Shown in pieces: positions 50,629-58,302 of a stretch of DNA of 64,000 nt (its first letter is position 1; every line of letters starts with the position of its first letter). The stretch is from an uncultured delta proteobacterium. GTDB taxonomy: Bacteria > Desulfobacterota > RBG-13-43-22. The notes beneath the pieces are model-generated. The model saw only the letters and a program-made list of their open reading frames with translations. It was not told where the DNA came from and searched no databases. Position numbers and translations under genes: made by a program. The stretch lies in assembly GCA_963790475.1 (NCBI GenBank), contig CAWBOS010000010.1, positions 224,001 to 288,000 of the forward strand. The letters run 5' to 3'.

Positions 50629-52170
50629 CCTCATAGTTGCATAATAAAAGTGCATAAAACACCATGAAAATGCTTGAAGGTGGCTCCAGTATTGGCTAAA
50701 GTGAAATTAGCACATCTCAAAAGAACCGATACAGGAGGCCACCTAAGGTGAAGTATAGCAAAAGGAATATTTTTAGTCGAATGTTTAAAATTCCAGCCAT
50801 CAAGTTTGAAAATCAACAATTGACCTCATTTGCCGGGCTAGTTATTTATCAGCCACTGCTCCAGAACCTGAATCTCAAAGCACAACTCAAGAAATGTTTT
50901 GACCATTTAAAAGTTTCCGAGATATTTGGTCATCACCTCATTATGCTTCTTTTGATCTTTCACCTTTTACTGGGTTTCCGTAAGCTGAGGGATCTGGATT
51001 ATTACCAAGATGATCCCTTGATCAAGCGTTTATTAGGGTTAAAAAGGCTGCCAGAGGTCTCAACGGTTTCTCGCGCTTTGCGAACGATTGATATTTCGGC
51101 CATCGAAAAAGTTCGGGAACTATGCCGGAACCAGGTTATTGCCAGACTGCAAAAGTTGGCTCCTTTTCGTCTGACACTGGATTTTGACGGATCCGTTCTT
51201 TGGACCTGTCAGCGTCGAGCGGAGGGAACCGCTGTGGGGTATAACAAAAAGAAAAAAGGAGCCCGCAGTTATTATCCTTTGTTCTGCACCATTGCCCAAA
51301 CCGGGCAGGTTTTCGATACCCTGTTTCGTTCCGGAAATGTCCACGACTCTAATGGAGCACGGGAATTTATCGAACAATGCCTACGCCTCTTGAAGGAAGC
51401 CCTTCCCGGCGTAATCATAGAAGCCCGACTGGACAGCGCCTTTTTTAACGATAACCTCGTACCGTTTTTAGAAGAACAAGGGGTTGAGTTTACTCTGTCA
51501 GTGCCTTTTGAACGTTTTGCCGAATGGAAACAAATGATCCAGGAGCGAAAACGTTGGAAGCGGCTGGATGACCGATGGTCTTGGTTTGAAACGTTTTGGA
51601 AACCCAAGAAATGGGATAACCGATTTCGTTTCCTGTGCATCCGTCAACGAGTCTCCCTGGCTTTCCGAGGTCCGATTCAACTGGACTTATTCGTTCCTCG
51701 GGAGGAAGGCTACGAATTTAAAGTCATCGTAACCAACAAGCGGGTCAAGGCTAAGAAGGTATTGATGTTCCATAATGGGCGCGCCGACCAGGAAGGACTC
51801 TTTGGAGAATTGAAATCTCAAGCTCAAATGGATTATATCCCTGTTCGTCGCTGGGGCGGAAACCAGCTTTATACGATGGCTGCAATCATGGCCCACAATT
51901 TAACCCGCGAATTACAAATGGCGGCTCGTCCAAGGGAAAGAGGGACGACCGAGAAAAGAGCCCCTCTATGGTGTTTTGAAGAATTAAAAACTTTACGCCA
52001 TCTGATTATTCAAAGAGCAGGGAGATTAACGTTACCCCAAAAGCAACTAACCCTGACGCTTAATGGAAATGAATCAGTCCAAAGAGACTTTTTTGTGTAT
52101 CTGGATGCTTTTAAAAAGGCCGCCTGATCGGTCTTTACAAAATTTGCACTTTTTTTATGCAACATCCGGG
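50629..52170 (+). mobile_element. IS1380-family insertion sequence (1542 bp) with 4-bp TTAT target duplication
   Basis: IRL CCTCATAGTTGCATAATAAAAGTGCA vs reverse-complemented IRR CCCGGATGTTGCATAAAAAAAGTGCA; TTAT at 50625-50628 and 52171-52174. Confidence 0.92.
50748..52127 (+). CDS. IS1380 family DDE transposase
   Basis: LTSFAGL, TLDFDGS, YYPL, FRSGNVHDS, RLDSAF, HNGRADQEGLFGELK. Confidence 0.92.
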   Translation: MKYSKRNIFSRMFKIPAIKFENQQLTSFAGLVIYQPLLQNLNLKAQLKKCFDHLKVSEIFGHHLIMLLLIFHLLLGFRKLRDLDYYQDDPLIKRLLGLKRLPEVSTVSRALRTIDISAIEKVRELCRNQVIARLQKLAPFRLTLDFDGSVLWTCQRRAEGTAVGYNKKKKGARSYYPLFCTIAQTGQVFDTLFRSGNVHDSNGAREFIEQCLRLLKEALPGVIIEARLDSAFFNDNLVPFLEEQGVEFTLSVPFERFAEWKQMIQERKRWKRLDDRWSWFETFWKPKKWDNRFRFLCIRQRVSLAFRGPIQLDLFVPREEGYEFKVIVTNKRVKAKKVLMFHNGRADQEGLFGELKSQAQMDYIPVRRWGGNQLYTMAAIMAHNLTRELQMAARPRERGTTEKRAPLWCFEELKTLRHLIIQRAGRLTLPQKQLTLTLNGNESVQRDFFVYLDAFKKAA

Positions 52171-52256
52171 TTATGTCTTCACTGAACACGGAGCGCCCAT
52201 GGTTGCCAGCGTGCTTAATACCTCAAAAGCTATAGAAAAAAGAATAGTTTTTATCC

Positions 52257-52285
52257 TTGATATGTATAACGGTATCCATTATAAT
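52257..52285 (+). promoter_or_regulatory. sigma70 promoter of higBA
   Basis: TTGATA-N17-TATAAT, then GGAGG and GTG start. Confidence 0.65.
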
Positions 52286-52323
52286 TTGAAATATCTATCG
52301 GTGATCCATGGAGGATACAAGGG

Positions 52324-52617
52324 GTGATCAAATCGTTCTTGGACAAGGGAACTGAGGATATTTTTGATCGCAGAGTTTCAATGGAAGCCCGACCTACCTG
52401 TCCAAAGAACATTTGGCGTGTTGCGCAGCGGAAACTTGATCAACTGAATGCGGTGGTTTCCTTGAGTTCCCTTCGCCTTCCTCCTGGAAACCGGTTGGAG
52501 TCACTGAAACAGGATCGGCTGGGGCAGCACAGTATAAGAATCAATGATCAGTTCCGGGTATGCTTTGTTTGGACCGAGAAGGGACCGGAACAAGTTGAAA
52601 TTACAGATTACCACTAA
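52324..52617 (+). CDS. higB: HigB toxin (RelE/ParE superfamily)
   Basis: MIKSF.DKGTEDIF, AQRKLDQL, PPGNRLESL, HSIRINDQFRVCF, EITDYH. Confidence 0.94.
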   Translation: MIKSFLDKGTEDIFDRRVSMEARPTCPKNIWRVAQRKLDQLNAVVSLSSLRLPPGNRLESLKQDRLGQHSIRINDQFRVCFVWTEKGPEQVEITDYH

Positions 52618-52635
52618 GGAATAGGGAGGGGTAAG

Positions 52636-52962
52636 ATGTTTCGCATTCCGACCAACAGGCCGCCGACGCATCCCGGCGAGATGCTTATGGAGGAATTTCT
52701 TAAACCGCTGAAAATGACCCAGGTGGAATTGGCGCAAAAACTCGGAGTCTCATATCCGCGCGTTAATGAATTGATCCATAAAAAAAGGGGCGTAACACCG
52801 GACACTGCTCTGCGGCTGGAGCACTTGTTTGGCATGGAGGCCCAGTTTTGGCTTAATCTGCAATTAGCCTGGGACTTATACCAGGTTGCCCATTCTCCCA
52901 TAGAAAAAGAAATTCGAAAAATAAAACTACTGCCTGCACTTGCTCGAGCAGTAAATGAATAA
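52636..52962 (+). CDS. higA: HigA antitoxin
   Basis: PTHPGEML.EEFLKPL, HTH, RGVTPDTALRL, FWLNLQ. Confidence 0.94.
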   Translation: MFRIPTNRPPTHPGEMLMEEFLKPLKMTQVELAQKLGVSYPRVNELIHKKRGVTPDTALRLEHLFGMEAQFWLNLQLAWDLYQVAHSPIEKEIRKIKLLPALARAVNE

Positions 52963-53131
52963 AGACTAAATGGACCTGATAGACTAGACAGACCATATGA
53001 CTAGACAGACTAAATAGACCAGAAAGAGTTGACTTTAACTGTTTGTTATGGTTTAAATATTTAATTAATTTTTAGCTTCTTTGATTTCGGAAACCCTAAA
53101 CCCGGAAGGCGGGCCCATGAAGCAGTCCGAT

Positions 53132-53172
53132 AAGACCTCATCTTTTGAAAAAGAAGATGGGGTTTTTGTTTT
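53132..53172 (+). terminator. Intrinsic terminator upstream of the four-gene operon
   Basis: AAGACCTCATCTTTT / AGAAGATGGGGTTTT stem with G-U pairs, then T-run. Confidence 0.6.
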
Positions 53173-53312
53173 GGGGTAGATGACAAGACCTTTTAATTGA
53201 AAGTTTCTTTGAAGGGCAATTTAATCAGTAGCTTCCGAGGCAGCAAAGAGTTTGGAATTTTTGGTATATTTAAGAGTTAACCCTTGGAGTTACTATATCC
53301 ATTATTGTATCT

Positions 53313-56300
53313 ATGAAAATGACGCATTCAAAAATAACAAATATATTTCAGTATCTTAAAGATTATAACAATAAACGGAACCCCATCAAGCGGTCCATTA
53401 AGGATTATGAGTGGTATTTAAAAATTGAGGAACTTCCGGACCACCCACGAGTGAAAATTGGATCATTTATAGAAAATGAAGGCGAACTTATCAGTGATGA
53501 TTTTATTTTGAAGGTACAGAGACCAAACCTTACAAAACCACCAGTACCACCAAAAATTTTGGGCGACTGGCTGAAAAAAGGATGGGAGCGTGCAGATGGA
53601 AATGTTGAGGTAAACCAATCGAGAAATGCCCAGGATAAAAATGGTAAAACTATTATTATACAATTCAAAGATGATCAGGGCACGGTTGAAGCCTTCAAAA
53701 GATGGAAAAACGAGTGGAATGAATGGGCTCGAAGTGAGCGCCCCGCCCTTGCAGCTGCAAAGCTCTTCGAAAAGCTTTTTGCACTCTATGGGACGATTGA
53801 GCGTGAGGCAGAGAAGGTTGAAATCGTGCTTGGTGAGGGAATTATCTCCTTCGATAATCCAAACGGCTGTGTGCACCACCCCATACTTTTTCAGAAGCTT
53901 CAATTGGAGTTTGACCCAGAAACGCCGCTCTTCACTGTTAGGGAAACAGATCATCCTGTGGAACTTTATTCGTCGCTATTTCTTGAAATACCCGATGCAG
54001 ACGGAAACTTAATAGCACAATATAGGAAAAATCTTGAAGAGCTTCCGATACATCCGTTTGGTGGAACTACAACAACCGGTTTCCTCAAGCGTCTTGTTCA
54101 AAGTCTATCATCACAAGGTGAGTTCGTTGAAGTAGGAGAACCTGTAGGAACCGCTGACCATATCAGAATAGGCCGCGCCCCATACATTTTCATGCGCAAT
54201 AGGGCACTAGGCTTCGCGTCGGCAATTGATGCAATCCTTGCCGATCTTCAGGGGAGACAAGACTTTCCTTCGGCCCTGCTTAATATTGTAGGGGTTGAAG
54301 GGAACCCGACTAATAATACAGAGCAAACTGTAACACTTGAAGATCTTTCAGGGGGCGGAAATGAAGATACCGATATCCTGCTCAGCAAAGATGCCAATCC
54401 AGAGCAATTAGAGATTGCGCGAAGGCTTGATAAGCATGGCTGCGTGCTCGTCCAGGGTCCTCCTGGAACTGGTAAAACACATACAATCGCCAATCTTATT
54501 GGACATCTCCTGGCACAAGGAAAGCGTATCCTTGTAACGAGCCATACTACGAAGGCACTTCGCGTGTTGCGAGAGCATGTTGTTGAGGATCTGCGTCCAC
54601 TCTGTGTAAGCGTACTCGATCGTGACACCGACAGCAGGAACCAACTCAATAGCGCTATCAGGACGATAGATGAAAAATTTACTTCTCTCAACTTGCATAC
54701 AATCGAGCAGAAGACCCAGACTCTAAAGCAACAAAGAACCAAGATCGTTGAGGCTCTGAAAAAAGCCAGACATGAACTCAATCTGGCAATGGGAGATGAA
54801 TACCGCGACGTGGTTGTTGCGGGTTGTGCATATTCGCCTTCGCAGGCCGCACGTATCGTTGCTGATGGAATCGATAAAGATGATTGGATCCCTGGTCCTC
54901 TGCCGCCCGGCGAGCCCCTTCCTATCACGGTTGATGAGATCTCACGACTGTACAATTTAAACGAGATTATAGTGAAGGATGATGAAGAAGAGCTGCGAGA
55001 CAACAACCTTCCGGATGCATCGGAATTTTTATCGCCTGACGATTTCGAAAAACTGGTTTTTGAAAAGAAGGCACTTTCCTCTAAAGATTTACATCTGGGT
55101 GAGTCACTTTGGGTAGACAGTAATGCAATAACAGTTATCTGCCCATGCGGTGTCAGCAATAGGCTGAGAGAAAAATGGCTGGGCGTTGCTTCCCGATGCA
55201 AAGACTGCAAACAAGAACTGACCGTCGAAACAGGACGAGGTTACGCCTATAAGTCTCTCGGGATTGATTCGCTAAACGATCTTTTACGGCAAGTCCAGTC
55301 CTGTGTTGAACCTTTATGCACACAAAATATTTCTGAGTGGTCATTGATGATTGTGCAGGGTGGAATGCGCGGTTTAGAAATTATACAAACTTGGAACACT
55401 CTCCTAAAACTTATTGACGAGACGAAAAAAACAGCAGCATCGACATCTGCATGGCTCATAAAGTATGTCCCTGAGATTATCTTTGAAGGTGATCCTGATG
55501 AAATACTGATAGTTCTTGATAAAATTGAACGACATATTGCACATTGCAAGTCACTTTCTCGTATTACCTTATTTCGACACAAAGACTGGAAGAACCTAAT
55601 AGATAGATGCAGGATAAACGGCCACCTACCGAAAACTGCCGAACATTTTCAGGCATTGATCGCGTATGCAAAACTTGTCAGTCTGCGTAGGTCACTGATT
55701 GATCGCTGGACACGCATGATTACCGCTCATGGAGGCCCTGCTATAGATCAAGGCATCCTAACGCCCGAAATGATTTGCGCTCAGTATGTCGATTCAATTT
55801 CAGTTTGGCTCAATTGGCATCAAAAGCAATGGACTCCATTGGAAACAGAATTATCAACTGCGGGACTGAAGATGCAGGATCTTTTTAACCAGCAACCGCC
55901 TGTCCTATCGGAGAATGGTGAAATTATTCGTCTGACCAATGCGATCAATAATCTACCTGCAATAGTTGAAATGAGGGCAAAGAGGTTGCGGTTGGCATCA
56001 ATTAAACGGCAGCTCAGACGGCTATATGAAGCCATTCTTGCAAAATCCGAGAAAATATCCTCTTCTGTTTTGAATGCCCTGAAAAAGGCTATTGATCAGG
56101 AAAATTGTTCTGCCTATCGACAGGCAATTGCTCGTTTATATGAACTCCTCTCAAAACGTGAGCAATATATAGAAAGATACGAATTATTAGAGCGTTTGAA
56201 TCAGAGCGCCCCCCAATGGGCATCGTTGATTCGTGATCGCGTTTCTCCCCACGACAGGCGGGATATGCCCGGCGATGCCCAGAAAGCGTGGCTCTGGCGC

Positions 56301-58283
56301 CAATTCGAAGAAGAACTTGACCGCCGCGCATCAAAGTCCATTCCGGACTTGCAGAAGAAAATTGAAGACCTTAAAAGTGAGCTTAGCCGAATTACCACAG
56401 TATTAATATTTCACTTAGCCTGGGGGCGACAACTCAGTCGATTAAGTGGCCAGATAGAATTTAGGCAAGCACTGAGAGCGTGGATGTTTGTAATAAACAA
56501 GATCGGTGCTGCAACGGGAAAGAAGGTCCCCATTTTATCCCGCGAAGCCAAGAAACTCATGGTTAAATCCCAGGATGCCGTTCCTGTATGGATTATGCCG
56601 CTATCGCGAGTGGTTGAAAACTTTGATCCGACAAAAGCGCATTTTGATGTGGTTATCATTGATGAGGCAAGTCAAACTGACCCCTTGGGCCTGACGGCAT
56701 TCTATATGGCCGATAAGGTTGTGGTGGTTGGTGACCATGAACAGGTCAGCCCGGATGCGGTTGGTGTCAGCGATGAAATTGCCTTGGGACTCATCGACCT
56801 GCACTTATCAAGGTTCGACAATAAAATGCTCTTTTTGCCGACAAGTTCCGTGTATGAACTGGCACGGGCCAGCTTTGGGGCAACTGTACAACTCAATGAA
56901 CATTTCCGCTGTGTTCCTAATATTATCCAGTTCAGCAACCATCTTTCCTATGATGGCAGTATTAAGCCCCTGCGAGATGCATCAGCCTCTGCCCTATTGC
57001 CGCATACTGTCGCATACTGTGTTGATGGTGCGACGTCTGATAATAAAGTAAACGATTTGGAGGCCGTGACCACGGCATCCCTGATGGTGGCGGCGATGGA
57101 ACAACCGGAATATAATGGCAAGGAATTCGGTCTCATCTCACTCGTCGGTGAAGATCAGGCTCTTCGTATTGAAAAAATTCTCAGGGAACATCTTCCACCT
57201 TCAGAAATCGAGTCCCGTCGGCTTGTATGTGGAAATCCACCGCAATTCCAAGGTGATGAACGGCATGTCATGTTTCTCTCTATGGTTGACGCACCAGGCG
57301 ATGGCGGACCCTTAGCAAGAAGGGATGCCGGTCCGAACGCCATGTGGAAGAAACGTTACAATGTCGCTGCCAGCCGGGCAAAAGACCAGATGTGGTTAGT
57401 CTATTCTCTCAACCCGTCGATTGACCTCAAGACGGGAGATATCAGAAGACGCCTTATCGAGCATGCACTCAACCCGATGGCCCTCACAAATATGCTTCAA
57501 CAAGGTGCAGCAAAGACCGAATCCGAATTTGAACGACGGGTACTTGAACGGCTGCTGAAAGAGGGATTCAAAGTTACCCCTCAATGGTGGGTAGGATCAT
57601 ACAGGATTGATCTTGTAATATCAGGAAATGGAAAGGATTTGGCGGTAGAGTGTGATGGCGATAGATTCCATACGCCAGAAAATCTGGTCGAGGATATGAC
57701 CCGCCAGGCAATCCTCGAAAGGCTCAAATGGACATTTGTGCGGATAAGGGGCAGCGAATTTTTCAGAAAGCCTGACAAGGCCATGTTGCCAGTCTTTGCA
57801 AAGCTCAAAGACATGGGAATTGAACCCATAGGTACAGCAAAAACGATTGATGACATTCCTCAATATGAGCTCAAAGATCGAGTTATTTCAAGAGCCAGCC
57901 AAATCAGAAATGAATGGGCAGATGGCACATATGATTTCCGCAAAGCAGAACCCAAATCTATCCATATTACACAAGAAGAGCTTCCACGCGATGCTCACGT
58001 AAAAGAAGCCGCGTCAGCCAGGTATGCCGAGACGGGTACGCTCATGGATCATCCGGTCGATGTCAGCATGCATCTGAATACCGGAAAATGGTTCCTGTGC
58101 ATTGGCGGCTCTGCTGATGGCGCAAGGCTGACGGTCATTACGCCCGAAGGGCGATTATTAAACATGAATGTTGACTTATTTGACGAACCAATTGAGAAGG
58201 GAATCAACTATCTAATGGTGAATGACATCATCACAAAAGCCCAGCTTTCGGCATATTTTGAATACATGAGCCGACAATCGTGA
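53313..58283 (+). CDS. UPF1/DNA2-like SF1 helicase with long helical insert and C-terminal Vsr/DUF559-like endonuclease
   Basis: QGPPGTGKT, VTSHT, DVVIIDEASQ, VGDHEQ, LNEHFRC, FQGDER, NVAASRAK; ESEFE...YRIDLV...AVECDGDRFH...RQAILERLKWTFVRI. Confidence 0.9.
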   Translation: MKMTHSKITNIFQYLKDYNNKRNPIKRSIKDYEWYLKIEELPDHPRVKIGSFIENEGELISDDFILKVQRPNLTKPPVPPKILGDWLKKGWERADGNVEVNQSRNAQDKNGKTIIIQFKDDQGTVEAFKRWKNEWNEWARSERPALAAAKLFEKLFALYGTIEREAEKVEIVLGEGIISFDNPNGCVHHPILFQKLQLEFDPETPLFTVRETDHPVELYSSLFLEIPDADGNLIAQYRKNLEELPIHPFGGTTTTGFLKRLVQSLSSQGEFVEVGEPVGTADHIRIGRAPYIFMRNRALGFASAIDAILADLQGRQDFPSALLNIVGVEGNPTNNTEQTVTLEDLSGGGNEDTDILLSKDANPEQLEIARRLDKHGCVLVQGPPGTGKTHTIANLIGHLLAQGKRILVTSHTTKALRVLREHVVEDLRPLCVSVLDRDTDSRNQLNSAIRTIDEKFTSLNLHTIEQKTQTLKQQRTKIVEALKKARHELNLAMGDEYRDVVVAGCAYSPSQAARIVADGIDKDDWIPGPLPPGEPLPITVDEISRLYNLNEIIVKDDEEELRDNNLPDASEFLSPDDFEKLVFEKKALSSKDLHLGESLWVDSNAITVICPCGVSNRLREKWLGVASRCKDCKQELTVETGRGYAYKSLGIDSLNDLLRQVQSCVEPLCTQNISEWSLMIVQGGMRGLEIIQTWNTLLKLIDETKKTAASTSAWLIKYVPEIIFEGDPDEILIVLDKIERHIAHCKSLSRITLFRHKDWKNLIDRCRINGHLPKTAEHFQALIAYAKLVSLRRSLIDRWTRMITAHGGPAIDQGILTPEMICAQYVDSISVWLNWHQKQWTPLETELSTAGLKMQDLFNQQPPVLSENGEIIRLTNAINNLPAIVEMRAKRLRLASIKRQLRRLYEAILAKSEKISSSVLNALKKAIDQENCSAYRQAIARLYELLSKREQYIERYELLERLNQSAPQWASLIRDRVSPHDRRDMPGDAQKAWLWRQFEEELDRRASKSIPDLQKKIEDLKSELSRITTVLIFHLAWGRQLSRLSGQIEFRQALRAWMFVINKIGAATGKKVPILSREAKKLMVKSQDAVPVWIMPLSRVVENFDPTKAHFDVVIIDEASQTDPLGLTAFYMADKVVVVGDHEQVSPDAVGVSDEIALGLIDLHLSRFDNKMLFLPTSSVYELARASFGATVQLNEHFRCVPNIIQFSNHLSYDGSIKPLRDASASALLPHTVAYCVDGATSDNKVNDLEAVTTASLMVAAMEQPEYNGKEFGLISLVGEDQALRIEKILREHLPPSEIESRRLVCGNPPQFQGDERHVMFLSMVDAPGDGGPLARRDAGPNAMWKKRYNVAASRAKDQMWLVYSLNPSIDLKTGDIRRRLIEHALNPMALTNMLQQGAAKTESEFERRVLERLLKEGFKVTPQWWVGSYRIDLVISGNGKDLAVECDGDRFHTPENLVEDMTRQAILERLKWTFVRIRGSEFFRKPDKAMLPVFAKLKDMGIEPIGTAKTIDDIPQYELKDRVISRASQIRNEWADGTYDFRKAEPKSIHITQEELPRDAHVKEAASARYAETGTLMDHPVDVSMHLNTGKWFLCIGGSADGARLTVITPEGRLLNMNVDLFDEPIEKGINYLMVNDIITKAQLSAYFEYMSRQS

Positions 58284-58302
58284 TGAACAAGGGGGGGAAC
58301 AT

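Larger units (their letters stand above)
50544..52234 (+). pseudogene. ORF6N-domain gene remnant interrupted by IS1380
   Basis: Left flank LSSDEKAKVVANGDHLAKLKFSASLPY joins in frame to right flank VFTEHGAPMVASVLNTSKAIE once the IS and one TSD copy are removed. Confidence 0.75.

Noticed and set aside
54248-55210. 320-aa minus-strand ORF
   Set aside because: Antisense shadow of the helicase gene; Ser-rich with no motifs.
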